Positions 32,395 through 42,427 of a stretch of DNA of 64,000 bases are shown here, piece after piece (the first letter of the stretch is position 1; each line of letters begins with the position of its first letter). The notes under the pieces are model-generated. The model was not told the origin of the DNA. It searched no databases and saw only the letters and a program-made list of their open reading frames with translations. A program made the translations under genes and the position numbers. Source of the stretch: Thermoplasmatales archaeon (GTDB lineage: Archaea > Thermoplasmatota > Thermoplasmata > Thermoplasmatales > Thermoplasmataceae). Location: positions 128,001 to 192,000 of the forward strand of contig DAIDBH010000014.1 of the NCBI GenBank assembly GCA_027310185.1, written 5' to 3'.

Positions 32395-32423
32395 AAAAAC
32401 ACCTTTAAAATATTTAAAAAAAA

Positions 32424-32747
32424 TTAATTTTTCATTTGAATTTCTATTTGGACTCCATCTGGTATTGAGATTTTCATTACCTGCTTAAGTGTCCTTTCGT
32501 CTCCGTCAATATCGATCAGTCTCTTGTGAACCCTCATTTCCCATCTGTCCCAAGTTGGTGAACCTTCTCCATCCGGGCTCTTCCTGACAGGAACTGTTAA
32601 CCTCTTTGTTGGTAATGGAACAGGACCGTGAATATCGACTCCTGTCCTCTGGGCTATACCTTTGATCTCTCTGCAGACTTCATCTACGATCCTGTGATCA
32701 GTTCCACTCAGTGAAATCCTAGCTCTATATGATACCATATTATTCAC
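32424..32747 (-). CDS. rps10: 30S ribosomal protein S10 (uS10)
   Basis: [26 protein letters not shown]. Confidence 0.97.
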   Translation of the reverse strand: MNNMVSYRARISLSGTDHRIVDEVCREIKGIAQRTGVDIHGPVPLPTKRLTVPVRKSPDGEGSPTWDRWEMRVHKRLIDIDGDERTLKQVMKISIPDGVQIEIQMKN

Positions 32748-32748
32748 T

Positions 32749-34023
32749 TTACTTAGTTTCTACTTCCTGGCAGAGACCGGCGGCAACAGTTTGCCCCATA
32801 TCCCTAATTGCAAATCTACCAAGTTGAGGGAACTCCGCAACCTTTTCAATCACGAGTGGTTTGTCTGGCACTACCTTAACAACTGCTATATCTCCTGTCT
32901 TTATGAACTGCGGGTTGTTTTCCTTTGTTGTACCATCCTTAGGATTAATTGTCTTTATAAGCTCTTCAAACCTGCAAGCAACCTGAGTTGTATGCACGTG
33001 GAAGACTGGCTTGTAACCAACTGCAATAACACTTGGATGGTTTAGAACTACTATCTGTGCTGTGAATGATTTAGCTACGGTTGGTGGTGCATTAAGTGGT
33101 CCACAAACATCTCCTCTCTTTACATCGTTTTTAGCTATTCCTCTTACGTTGAACCCGACATTGTCTCCTGGTTCTGCCTGAGGTAGTGACTCATGATGCA
33201 TTTCCACGGATTTTACTTCACCCTGCTTGTTGGCTGGCATGAATATAACCTTGTCTCCTGGTTTTATAATTCCAGTTTCAACTCTTCCTACAGGAACAGT
33301 TCCTATTCCAGTTATAGAATAAACATCCTGTACTGGAAGTCTCAGAGGCTTGTTTGTTGGCTTCTCTGGAACCTTTAATGATTCGAGTGCCTCCAATAGT
33401 GTGGGTCCACTGTACCATTTCATATTTTCTGATTTTTTCGTGATGTTGTCTCCCTTATAACCGCTGATTGGGATTATTGGGAAATTCCTGTAACCAACAG
33501 ATGCCATGAACTTCTCTATCTCGCCCTTAACTTCTGTAAATCTCTTTTCACTGTAAGGTGGCTGTACAGAGTCCATCTTGTTTGCAAGTACTATGATCTG
33601 CTGTACTCCAAGAGTCTTTGCAAGGAATGCATGTTCTCTTGTCTGTGCCATTATACCTTCTCCTTCCCTTGCAGATATTACAAGCATAGCTGCATCTGCC
33701 TGGCTTGTCCCGGTAATCATGTTCTTGACAAAGTCTCTGTGCCCGGGTGCATCAATGATAGTGAAGTAGTACTTATCTGTCTCAAATTTTCTATGAGATA
33801 GATCAATCGTAACTCCCCTTTCTCTTTCCTCTTTGTACCTGTCCATTACCCAGGCAAACTCGAACGTAGCTTTTCCCTTTTCATCGGCCTGTTTCTTGTA
33901 ATCATCGATTATATGCTGTGGAATTTCACCGTGCTCGAACAGCAGTCTTCCTACTAAAGTCGACTTTCCATGATCAACATGCCCTATCGTTACCAAATTT
34001 ATGTGTGGTTTTTGTCCTGCCAT
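32749..34023 (-). CDS. tuf: Elongation factor 1-alpha
   Basis: [39 protein letters not shown]. Confidence 0.98.
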   Translation of the reverse strand: MAGQKPHINLVTIGHVDHGKSTLVGRLLFEHGEIPQHIIDDYKKQADEKGKATFEFAWVMDRYKEERERGVTIDLSHRKFETDKYYFTIIDAPGHRDFVKNMITGTSQADAAMLVISAREGEGIMAQTREHAFLAKTLGVQQIIVLANKMDSVQPPYSEKRFTEVKGEIEKFMASVGYRNFPIIPISGYKGDNITKKSENMKWYSGPTLLEALESLKVPEKPTNKPLRLPVQDVYSITGIGTVPVGRVETGIIKPGDKVIFMPANKQGEVKSVEMHHESLPQAEPGDNVGFNVRGIAKNDVKRGDVCGPLNAPPTVAKSFTAQIVVLNHPSVIAVGYKPVFHVHTTQVACRFEELIKTINPKDGTTKENNPQFIKTGDIAVVKVVPDKPLVIEKVAEFPQLGRFAIRDMGQTVAAGLCQEVETK

Positions 34024-34310
34024 TTATTCACCTTTTACTTATTTGAGTTATCCCGTTAGAGGATTTTATTTATTAAACTCTTCGTACGGTAATTTATAAT
34101 AGTTATAATAGGTTTTCCAATTGCTTTCACTTTTAGTTATCACTAAATCAGTTTCACTAATCAGGTGCTGGAATATGATAACTGTGTATGTCCTATACAT
34201 GAAGAAAGTTCTCAGGTGGCTTTTGAAAATAGTACAACCTTAATAATCGAAACATTTAATTTCACTGTTATTATTTCGTAAAGTTTAAAGTACACCTTTA
34301 GAGGGATTGA

Positions 34311-34955
34311 ATGGCCGGAGAAAGATCAAATAAGAGAACAAAGGATAAGTGGAAAGAGAAAAAGTGGTACAGGATTATGGCTCCAAGTCAGCTTGGAGGT
34401 AAGGAAATAGCAATGACAGTGGGTACTGGACCCGAGGGCATAAAGGGAAGAGTAGTTGAGATTCCCATATCAGATTTTTCTGGGAACTTTAAGAAATCAA
34501 ACGCCAAGCTTGAGTTTAAGGTTTTAGACTGTGTTGGAACAAAATGCAGTACGATTTTTGTTGGTCATTCTGTTAATGACGATTATATAAGAAGAATGGT
34601 TAGAAGAAGAAAGGAGAGAATAGATATCGTAAAGGACGTGAAAACCACCGATGGTTACGAGTTCGTTCTTAAGGTTGTTGCAGTCACAGAAAACAAGCTC
34701 ACATCAGCTAAAAGTGTTGAGCTAAGGAATGCAATTACTCAACTGGTTGCTGATAAAGTTAAGAATATGGATTACTTTGAATTTGCGAGATTTATAATAG
34801 AAGACGAATCAGTATCAGAAATACTCAATGGAGTCAAAGATATATATCCACTTAAAAAACTTGAATTTAGGAAGTCAGAGCTTACAAGCACTGGGGAGAA
34901 ATACAACTTTTCAGTTCCTGAAGATGCTCCGGCAGAGGAAGTTCCAGCTCAATAA
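34311..34955 (+). CDS. rps3ae: 30S ribosomal protein S3ae (eS1)
   Basis: KDKWKEKKWY, DYIRRMVRRR, IYPLKKLEFRK. Confidence 0.95.
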   Translation: MAGERSNKRTKDKWKEKKWYRIMAPSQLGGKEIAMTVGTGPEGIKGRVVEIPISDFSGNFKKSNAKLEFKVLDCVGTKCSTIFVGHSVNDDYIRRMVRRRKERIDIVKDVKTTDGYEFVLKVVAVTENKLTSAKSVELRNAITQLVADKVKNMDYFEFARFIIEDESVSEILNGVKDIYPLKKLEFRKSELTSTGEKYNFSVPEDAPAEEVPAQ

Positions 34956-34973
34956 TCTAAAACCATTTTTAGC

Positions 34974-35062
34974 GCCGGGGTGGCTTAGTAGGTGGAGCGC
35001 CGGACTCATAAGAATTTTTCTGAGAAATCCGGAGGTCTCGGGTTCGATCCCCGATCCCGGCA
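34974..35062 (+). tRNA. tRNA-Met(CAT), probably elongator, with a 16-nt intron (35011-35026)
   Basis: Acceptor GCCGGGG/TCCCGGC+A; CCGGA-CTCATA|intron|A-TCCGG; intron AGAATTTTTCTGAGAA forms a canonical bulge-helix-bulge (CTCA/TGAG) at position 37/38. Confidence 0.93.
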
Positions 35063-35196
35063 TACAGTTAAAGGTTCAATGTCTCGTTAGCATTTTTTGA
35101 ATGATTCTGTTTTTAATGTCTTGGTAAGATTTGAACTTACAAAGAATGATTGGAATCATAATTGGTGAAATAGAAAACAAATATTTATCTCAATAT

Positions 35197-35820
35197 CTAT
35201 GTCCTGGATAATCTGGAAAAATTAGATTTCAAGATCTCATCTGCTGTGTCTTTTGCATTCTGTTCATTTATTCTATTCAGGTTTTCCACTACATTCCTGA
35301 TATCTTCAACTGGTCTGTTTTGACTCATTTTCCACTTTGCATATATCGCTGAAGCTTTTATTCTAAAACCCACAATTTCTTCTATCATTTTTTGATAGTA
35401 AACTTCTTTTTCCTTTTTCTGTGCTTTCCACTCTGGATCAAATTCAGCACTGAGTTCCTTTAGTAATGTTTCTGTTTGACTTCGGCTCAATAATTCGAAT
35501 ATGCCTTGGATTTTTACAGTTGCATAATCCCAGGTTGGGACTGATGACTCTACGATATACCATCTGGGTGAGATATAATGATGAGGACCAAGAAAAAGAA
35601 TTGTCACCTTCTTATTCTGAGAGACTTTCCACTGATCGTTATTCCTGGAAAGATGACCGTAAAGAACTAATGAATCTTCCTCATGCTTGATGATGAATGG
35701 AATCTGTGAATTATAAATTTCATCATTGTATGCGGTTAGTAGTATTCCAAAACTGTTGTTCTGAATGAATTTATTGATCTTCTCTTGATCTTTCTCCTCA
35801 AATTCATCTGGTATATACAC
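35197..35820 (-). CDS. PaiB-like FMN-binding negative transcriptional regulator
   Basis: MYIP..F, GHLSRNN.QW, GPHHYISPRWY, VPTWDY, KMSQNR. Confidence 0.92.
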   Translation of the reverse strand: MYIPDEFEEKDQEKINKFIQNNSFGILLTAYNDEIYNSQIPFIIKHEEDSLVLYGHLSRNNDQWKVSQNKKVTILFLGPHHYISPRWYIVESSVPTWDYATVKIQGIFELLSRSQTETLLKELSAEFDPEWKAQKKEKEVYYQKMIEEIVGFRIKASAIYAKWKMSQNRPVEDIRNVVENLNRINEQNAKDTADEILKSNFSRLSRT

Positions 35821-35881
35821 AGTGGAACATGATGATTTGATATATTATCTTATGAATATGACTACTACTATTTATATGGAT

Positions 35882-37054
35882 TTATGAGATATATTTGCTG
35901 AAACGTTCTCTGTAATTTTTTATAGTCCTGTAAAAGAATACTAGGAGTATTGTAGCAATAAATCCCGGGAGAGTGACGTAGATCCAGAAAAGCGTGTGAC
36001 TGGAAATAATGGGCAAAAATGCCCCTCCTAGAAGTGGACCAAAGGCACGTCCAGCTGAACAGAATGCGTTATAAATTCCAATATTGGTGCCAATTTTTTC
36101 CTTTCGCGAAATGCTTGCAACTATGGAGTAACCATTTGGGAATGAAAGATTTTCCCCCATTGTAAATATTGCCGTGGAAATTAGCATCTGTATAAGGTTT
36201 GAGTCCAGCCCGTAAGATGCAAAACCTATTGTGTATATCAGTCCTCCCATAATCAACGCCTGAAATTCTCCTATTTTTCTTGAAATCCTGTAGAAAAAAG
36301 GCTGTGTGAATGCGACCAAGAGCCCATTTAGCATGTAGACTATTCCTGTCTCATAATACTGACCGGAGAATATTCCGTCTGAATATAGTGACAGGGATAT
36401 TGTTTCCTGGGCCTGGACCATAAATATCAGGAGCGCTGAAACAGATATGACTATGAGGGCCAGGTTGCTGGTGTTGAACTTCAGATGTTTTTCCTCGATA
36501 GTTACTGGTATGTTCTTCACTCTTAGGGAGATTAAAAACGAAATCATGGCGGTTACAGTGAAAAAATAGAAGATGCCAGGAAATCCAAAGTATGATAGTA
36601 TGAATCCTCCCATAGCAGGACCGAACCCCCATCCAAGATTGTTTCCTACCCTCATTATGGAGAATCCCTTCAGCTGGACATTGCTTGACCTGGAAACAAG
36701 AGCGTTTGAAGATGGGGACTGAAAGCCGTTAAGTATCATTATAGCTCCGAAACTCAGTGAAAAGAGAATTGGCGAGCCATTGATTTCCTTGCTTACTGCA
36801 AGAATAAGACTCATTAGAAAGACCCCCGATAGGAATAGAGTGAAGACTCTTTTGTGCCCGATCCGGTCACCAATCCTTCCGCCACCATACTGGGCAAATG
36901 AGGAAATAATCCCTCCAGACATGAATACGAGGGCCGCAAAGAAGGTTGAAAGGCCAAGAAATTTGGTCATGTAAATAGAACTGTAAATCCATACAGAAGA
37001 GTATCCAAGGCCCCTTATTGCAGAGGAAACAGTCACTATTTTCACATTGTCCAT
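35882..37054 (-). CDS. MFS transporter
   Basis: About 12 TM segments, GGRIGDRIGHK, NLGWGFGPAMGG. Confidence 0.9.
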   Translation of the reverse strand: MDNVKIVTVSSAIRGLGYSSVWIYSSIYMTKFLGLSTFFAALVFMSGGIISSFAQYGGGRIGDRIGHKRVFTLFLSGVFLMSLILAVSKEINGSPILFSLSFGAIMILNGFQSPSSNALVSRSSNVQLKGFSIMRVGNNLGWGFGPAMGGFILSYFGFPGIFYFFTVTAMISFLISLRVKNIPVTIEEKHLKFNTSNLALIVISVSALLIFMVQAQETISLSLYSDGIFSGQYYETGIVYMLNGLLVAFTQPFFYRISRKIGEFQALIMGGLIYTIGFASYGLDSNLIQMLISTAIFTMGENLSFPNGYSIVASISRKEKIGTNIGIYNAFCSAGRAFGPLLGGAFLPIISSHTLFWIYVTLPGFIATILLVFFYRTIKNYRERFSKYIS

Positions 37055-37170
37055 TGAGGAGGAGACGTTGAAATTGTCTATTTAGAAATATTCTCTAATT
37101 TTTCAGACATTACTCCTAAAGATTAACACTTTTAAAAAAATTATAAGATATTGTAGTGGAAAATTCCGGT

Positions 37171-37608
37171 TTACTTTATTGACGAAAAGACTGAGATTGT
37201 TTCCGTTCTTTCAACTCCTGCTACAGACCTGAGTTTATCAAGAACAAAGTCACCGATTTCTTCGATGCTTTTTCCTCTCACTTTGATAATTAAATCCCAC
37301 TGTCCGGCCACAATGCTTACTTCGTAAACCTGTGGGAAATTCCCTATGATTCTTGCCATTTCCCTCTGCTGTACATTTGCCTTAGGATCAAAGGATACAA
37401 AGACATAAGCCATTGCACCCAGTCCAATCTGTGAATAATCGGGAATTGCAGTAAACCCTTTTATTACTCCCTGGGAGATCATGTTCTGCATCCTTTCATA
37501 AATGGTAATTCTTGGAATATCCAGATTTCTTGAAATGTCTGCAATTTTGTCCCTCCCCTTTTCTATCAGGTATTCCAGTATTATCCTATCCTTGTCATCC
37601 ATTAGCAC
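37171..37608 (-). CDS. Lrp/AsnC family transcriptional regulator
   Basis: MDDKDRIIL, GVIKGF, VAGQWDLI; divergent from asnA. Confidence 0.93.
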   Translation of the reverse strand: MLMDDKDRIILEYLIEKGRDKIADISRNLDIPRITIYERMQNMISQGVIKGFTAIPDYSQIGLGAMAYVFVSFDPKANVQQREMARIIGNFPQVYEVSIVAGQWDLIIKVRGKSIEEIGDFVLDKLRSVAGVERTETISVFSSIK

Positions 37609-37732
37609 TGTATAGTTTTTTACTATTTAAGATTTTAAAACGTCTGATAAAATTTGTAATTAATTTCAAATGACTACAAAATGTCTAAAATATGCAACGA
37701 AATGTTATATTAAGATACATAATTACCATATC

Positions 37733-38665
37733 ATGCAGGAAATTGTAACTACTGAACTGAGAGAACATCTCAGGGGAGAGAAGTTAAAGATAGCCCTTGA
37801 AGTGAACACGGTAATTAGGAGAAAAATGTCAGATATTCTGGTTGACCATGGATTCCTTGAGATTCCACCAGTAATATTCTCATCTGTAACAGACCCACTG
37901 AACCATCCGGTTTATGATCCAACATTCGAATATGAGGGATCAAGATATTCACTTACAAAAAGCATGATCTTCCATAAGCAGATGATTGTGCAGGAAATAC
38001 CTAAAATATATACATTTTCACCAAATGTGAGACTTGAGACCGCAGATAAGGCGAAGAGCGGCAGACACCTGCTTGAGTTCACCCAGCTTGATCTGGAAAT
38101 GCTTAACGCATCAAGGGAGGATGCAATGAAGCTTGGGGAAGAGCTCATAAAAGGTGCCATAGAGGAAGTAGTGAAGAAGCTTCCTGATGAATTGAAAGCT
38201 CTGAACAGAAAACTGAGAATTCCAGAGACTCCGTTTAAGACGTACAGGTATACCGAAGCAAAGGAGAAATATGGTGATGACTTTGAACAGAAATTGTCAG
38301 AGAAAGAAAGTGACCCATTCTGGATAATAGATATTCCACTGAAGGAAAGAGAGTTCTATGACAGGGAGAAGGATGATGAAAAGGGAATTCTCAGGGACAT
38401 GGACCTGATGTATCCGGAGGGATTCAATGAGGCTATTTCAGGTGGAGAAAGGGAATATGAGATCGAGAGGATAAAGGAAAGAATACTGGCCAAGGGACAG
38501 ACCTTTGAGCAATTCAAGTGGTTCCTTGATTATGCTGAGGAGGGTCTGCAGCTTTCATCAGGGTTCGGGATAGGAATTGAGAGACTGGTAAGGTATATAT
38601 GTGGATTCAAGCGTATTGAGGATGTGCATCCATTTCCAAAAACACCGGGTAAATTTTCTATCTGA
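37733..38665 (+). CDS. asnA: Archaeal asparagine synthetase A (AsnRS catalytic-core paralog lacking the anticodon domain)
   Basis: SSVTDPL, LTKSMIFHKQ, SPNVRLE, HLLEFTQLDLE, SGGEREY, GFGIGIERL; ATG at 37733 preferred. Confidence 0.9.
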   Translation: MQEIVTTELREHLRGEKLKIALEVNTVIRRKMSDILVDHGFLEIPPVIFSSVTDPLNHPVYDPTFEYEGSRYSLTKSMIFHKQMIVQEIPKIYTFSPNVRLETADKAKSGRHLLEFTQLDLEMLNASREDAMKLGEELIKGAIEEVVKKLPDELKALNRKLRIPETPFKTYRYTEAKEKYGDDFEQKLSEKESDPFWIIDIPLKEREFYDREKDDEKGILRDMDLMYPEGFNEAISGGEREYEIERIKERILAKGQTFEQFKWFLDYAEEGLQLSSGFGIGIERLVRYICGFKRIEDVHPFPKTPGKFSI

Positions 38666-38714
38666 ATCCAATCCGCCACAGGTTCAATTTTTCTTAATTT
38701 TTAAAAATTAGGAC

Positions 38715-40502
38715 TCAGGACTGGAGGGAGTAGGTTATTGCCCTTCCTGATTTCATTGCCTTTTCCAGGTTGATTCCAGCCTCACTATCAACCTTTATTC
38801 GTATTATTCCCTTGCTGGAAGTTCTTCCCTGTATTGCCATTACCTCGTCAATATATATGTTCACAAGGCTGTTTTTCTCGTTGCAGTGCAGATAGATTAT
38901 CCTGTTCTTCACCTCCACAGCAACGCTTCTCCTTTTCCTGTCTTCCTCGGAAACTACATCGATGGATACTCCAAGACTCTTTTCAAGCTCACTTATATTT
39001 GATCCTTTTCTTCCAAGCAATTTTGGGCGCAGGGACTCCGGGATCGTGACCCTGTACTTCCTTCTTCCTTTTGGTGACACCTCAACCTGGTCGTATCCAA
39101 GATATTCTGAAATCGTTGACCTGACCATTTCTGTTTTTGCCTCATCTATCTGTGATGTGCCTTCACTTTCATCTATGGGAACTACAACTATCTGCTCCCC
39201 GAATGAATAAATCTCATAGAGTTCCTGCCTGGTTAAGGCATCCTTTACCTGGATCACGGGCCTGGAGAGATCTTCCTGAACCATTCCGAAAGGTACCTTA
39301 ACAGTGTGTGAAATGGACAGGTATTTTGAAATCCTTCCATCCCTTACAAACAGGATCGTATCTATAACCTGTGGTATAAGTCCAAGTTCTATACGGCCGA
39401 TAAACCTGTGCAATGCATCCACTGGCTTTGTTGCATGAACTACACCGATCATTCCAACTCCAGCCATTCGAAGATCTGAGAATACCTTGAAATCTGAAGT
39501 GACCCTCATCTCATCGAAAACGGTATAATCGTTCCTCACGAGAAGCAATATATTTCCTGTCTGTTCCATAGATCCTTCAAGAGATGTATACTGTGTGATC
39601 TCCTTGTTCACCTGAAGGTCCCTTGGTTTTTCCATGGTTTTAACTATCATCCCCTGATCGTTTAGATGATCAGCCAGTGCCTGGACAAATGTACTTTTAC
39701 CTGCTCCAGGGCTACCTGCAACAAGAATGCCTGCCGACCCAGAGGTAATGTGATTCATGATTTCGTCTGGAAGTTCGTAATACGCTAGTTCTTTCTTGAT
39801 TACCGGCCTTACTGCTGTTATTTCTGCAGTGCTGGAAAATGGTGGCCTTGCAATCACGATTCTGTAAACATTCAGTTGAAGTACCGTGGCTCCAGCCATA
39901 TCCATTTCAACAAAGGAATCCTTCTCATTTCCGGCTCTCTTGATCAGGTTGTTTATAAGCGCATCCACCTCTGAACTTTTTAGGAAATGCCCGGTACGCA
40001 CTGTTTCAACCTTTCCCGGGACCCCTTTCTTTACTTTCACATATGTATCCGCCTTTATGTGAACTGAGATGGTATCACTGTCAAAAAACTCTTCCAGTTT
40101 CACGGATATCTTGTCATCAGGTTCCAGATACTGGCACTGGATGCCCTTGAGAACCGCTATGTTCTTCTGAACAATATCACCGGTAACAAGAATTCCATTG
40201 AGATCCATTGCCTCTGATCGAATTATCTCATCTATTTCTCCGTTGTGCCCATTTACTTTCTGCCACTGAGTGGGACGCTTGCCGAAAAATTCAATAATTA
40301 TCCCCTTCTTTTCACATATTTCCTTGACCTTCTTCAATTCATCAAGTGCAGCAAATCCTATGGACCTGCTCTGATTCGCCTGGTGCTCAACTTCTGCAAT
40401 AAGCGCTTCACTTATAATGATCCTGGAATCACTCTTTATCTTTGCAATGTATTTTGTAAATCTTCCATCTACTATGACAGATGTGTCTGGGATATAATCC
40501 AC
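38715..40502 (-). CDS. PIN-domain/VirB11-type ATPase with KH domain (PINA, Holliday-junction ATPase)
   Basis: PDTSVIVDG PIN domain, GSPGAGKST, KTMEKPRDL, FDEMR, GVVHA, C-terminal KH (LLGRKG). Confidence 0.92.
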   Translation of the reverse strand: MDYIPDTSVIVDGRFTKYIAKIKSDSRIIISEALIAEVEHQANQSRSIGFAALDELKKVKEICEKKGIIIEFFGKRPTQWQKVNGHNGEIDEIIRSEAMDLNGILVTGDIVQKNIAVLKGIQCQYLEPDDKISVKLEEFFDSDTISVHIKADTYVKVKKGVPGKVETVRTGHFLKSSEVDALINNLIKRAGNEKDSFVEMDMAGATVLQLNVYRIVIARPPFSSTAEITAVRPVIKKELAYYELPDEIMNHITSGSAGILVAGSPGAGKSTFVQALADHLNDQGMIVKTMEKPRDLQVNKEITQYTSLEGSMEQTGNILLLVRNDYTVFDEMRVTSDFKVFSDLRMAGVGMIGVVHATKPVDALHRFIGRIELGLIPQVIDTILFVRDGRISKYLSISHTVKVPFGMVQEDLSRPVIQVKDALTRQELYEIYSFGEQIVVVPIDESEGTSQIDEAKTEMVRSTISEYLGYDQVEVSPKGRRKYRVTIPESLRPKLLGRKGSNISELEKSLGVSIDVVSEEDRKRRSVAVEVKNRIIYLHCNEKNSLVNIYIDEVMAIQGRTSSKGIIRIKVDSEAGINLEKAMKSGRAITYSLQS

Positions 40503-40528
40503 ATATGGTTAATCCTTAAGATTATTTA

Positions 40529-41263
40529 TTGGTTATGATATCGGATTTCATGGGGTCAGAAAATTTATCTCTTCACCTAATCACTATGCTGAAGGAACAG
40601 GAAGAATTAATAGATGACTCTGCTTTCGCTCTTTCCGGTGGAATTGACAGCTCCCTTTTGTATTCAGTTCTTGGGAAGGGCAGGCATGCTTACTGTGCTG
40701 GCACAGAAGGGTCCCTAGATTTTATCTACGCAGAGGAATTATGCAGGATATCAGGGACAACCCTTTCAAGAATAAATGTTGAAGAGGATGATGTTCTGGA
40801 GTTCACAAATATCGTGAAAAGCATTGATCCTGGGATATCATTTCTGGACCTTGGATTTGAGACTGTTCTGGCAATTGTTCTGTCAAGAATAAATGAAGAT
40901 GCACTCGTTACAGGTCAGGGTGCAGATGAAATCTTTTACGGATACAGGAAATTTTCGGATGGCAGGGAGGAAGATAATAAAAGGAGTCTTGACAAACTAT
41001 TCAGATTAACACTTCCAAGAGAGAGCAAGATTGCGGAATATTTTGGGAAGAAACTCATCACCCCTTACCTGGAAAATGGCATTCCTGAATATTTCAGCAA
41101 GATGGATCGTGGGGTTCACCTTGATGAGGTAAATAATAAATTAATACTGAGGGAAGCGGGCAGGATTTCTGGACTCCCGGATTCCATATACCTCAGAGGA
41201 AAGAAAGCGGCACAGTATGGAACAGGCATCAAGAAGGTTCAGGAAAGACTCGGATTGAAATAA
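40529..41263 (+). CDS. Stand-alone asparagine synthase C-terminal (ATP pyrophosphatase) domain protein
   Basis: LSGGIDSS, TGQGADEIFYGY, TPYL, KLILR, R.KKAAQYGTG; no glutaminase domain. Confidence 0.88.
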   Translation: MVMISDFMGSENLSLHLITMLKEQEELIDDSAFALSGGIDSSLLYSVLGKGRHAYCAGTEGSLDFIYAEELCRISGTTLSRINVEEDDVLEFTNIVKSIDPGISFLDLGFETVLAIVLSRINEDALVTGQGADEIFYGYRKFSDGREEDNKRSLDKLFRLTLPRESKIAEYFGKKLITPYLENGIPEYFSKMDRGVHLDEVNNKLILREAGRISGLPDSIYLRGKKAAQYGTGIKKVQERLGLK

Positions 41264-41269
41264 GGGTGA

Positions 41270-42427
41270 ATGAAGCTGTATAAGTTGAGTGGAAGGAATA
41301 GCATTATTCTGCTTCTAGGTCTCAGGGCACTGTACTCGATGAACTGGTACAATGTATCCCCGATGCTATTCAATATAACCACAACCTATGGTGTCAGTTC
41401 CTCACTTTCTGGCCTTATTCTTTCTGCATTTCTCATAGGTACAGGTCTCTTCCAGATTCCATCAGGACTTGTAGCCTCAAAAATAGGCTCAAAAAACACA
41501 GCCCTGACAGGAATGGCAATCATGTCCATAGCTGCCACAACGTCCCTTGTTTCTCCTGATTTCACAATTTTCCTGGTAACAAGATTCGTTGTAGGCCTGG
41601 GATCTGCATTCTTCTTTTCATCCGGTATAGCCGTTCTCAATGATATCGATGAAAGAAATGTAAGCAGGAATATTGCAGCATTCAACACGGCGTTTTCCAT
41701 TGGAGGAGGTTTCGGCGTGGTCGGATTTGCATACTTCCTACAGTTTACCTCCTGGCAGAACCTCCTTGCAGCTGGAGGTATTATAACACTTGTTCTCACC
41801 ATAGTCTCATTCGTACTTATCCCGGATATGAGTGCAAAGAGCGATAAAAAGAAGGAATTCGGGAGGAACGTATATCGGAGGCTCACATCGAGGCCATTAC
41901 TGCTTCTTTCAATGTCCCTTGCGGGCTACTGGGGATTGAATTTTACATTTGAAGAATACCTGCAGCCCTTCGCAGAGAAACTTGGTTTCAGTGGACCAGT
42001 CTCAGGATTCATAGGATCATTGTCCCTATTTGCAGGTATTCTTGGAATGCTGCTCTTCGCCTATTTTTCAAGCAAGAAGGCATCTGTTGTACTCCCTTCA
42101 CTTGTCATATTTATCTCAGCAATACTGGCCCTTCAATTCTTCGGGCTGTCATACTACCTGTTCCTTACGGCAATACTTGGTGGAAGCATAAGCGTAATAA
42201 TATTTTCACTTGAATATTCCTATGTCGTGAAGTTAGAAACGGAAAGGCAGTTTGTGGCCCTTGGAATATCAATTATGAATGCACTTCAAATTGCAACCGG
42301 GTCTGCCATTACATTCCTGTTCGGCTACCTGTTCTCGGTGAACGCAGATCTTTCCTGGATAATTCTTGGAATAATCGCCCTGGTCTTCCTTCCAATGGGA
42401 TTTTCTGTCATGAAGCAGAGAGGTTAA
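41270..42427 (+). CDS. MFS transporter
   Basis: About 12 TM segments, QIPSGLVASKIG, RFVVGLG. Confidence 0.9.
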   Translation: MKLYKLSGRNSIILLLGLRALYSMNWYNVSPMLFNITTTYGVSSSLSGLILSAFLIGTGLFQIPSGLVASKIGSKNTALTGMAIMSIAATTSLVSPDFTIFLVTRFVVGLGSAFFFSSGIAVLNDIDERNVSRNIAAFNTAFSIGGGFGVVGFAYFLQFTSWQNLLAAGGIITLVLTIVSFVLIPDMSAKSDKKKEFGRNVYRRLTSRPLLLLSMSLAGYWGLNFTFEEYLQPFAEKLGFSGPVSGFIGSLSLFAGILGMLLFAYFSSKKASVVLPSLVIFISAILALQFFGLSYYLFLTAILGGSISVIIFSLEYSYVVKLETERQFVALGISIMNALQIATGSAITFLFGYLFSVNADLSWIILGIIALVFLPMGFSVMKQRG

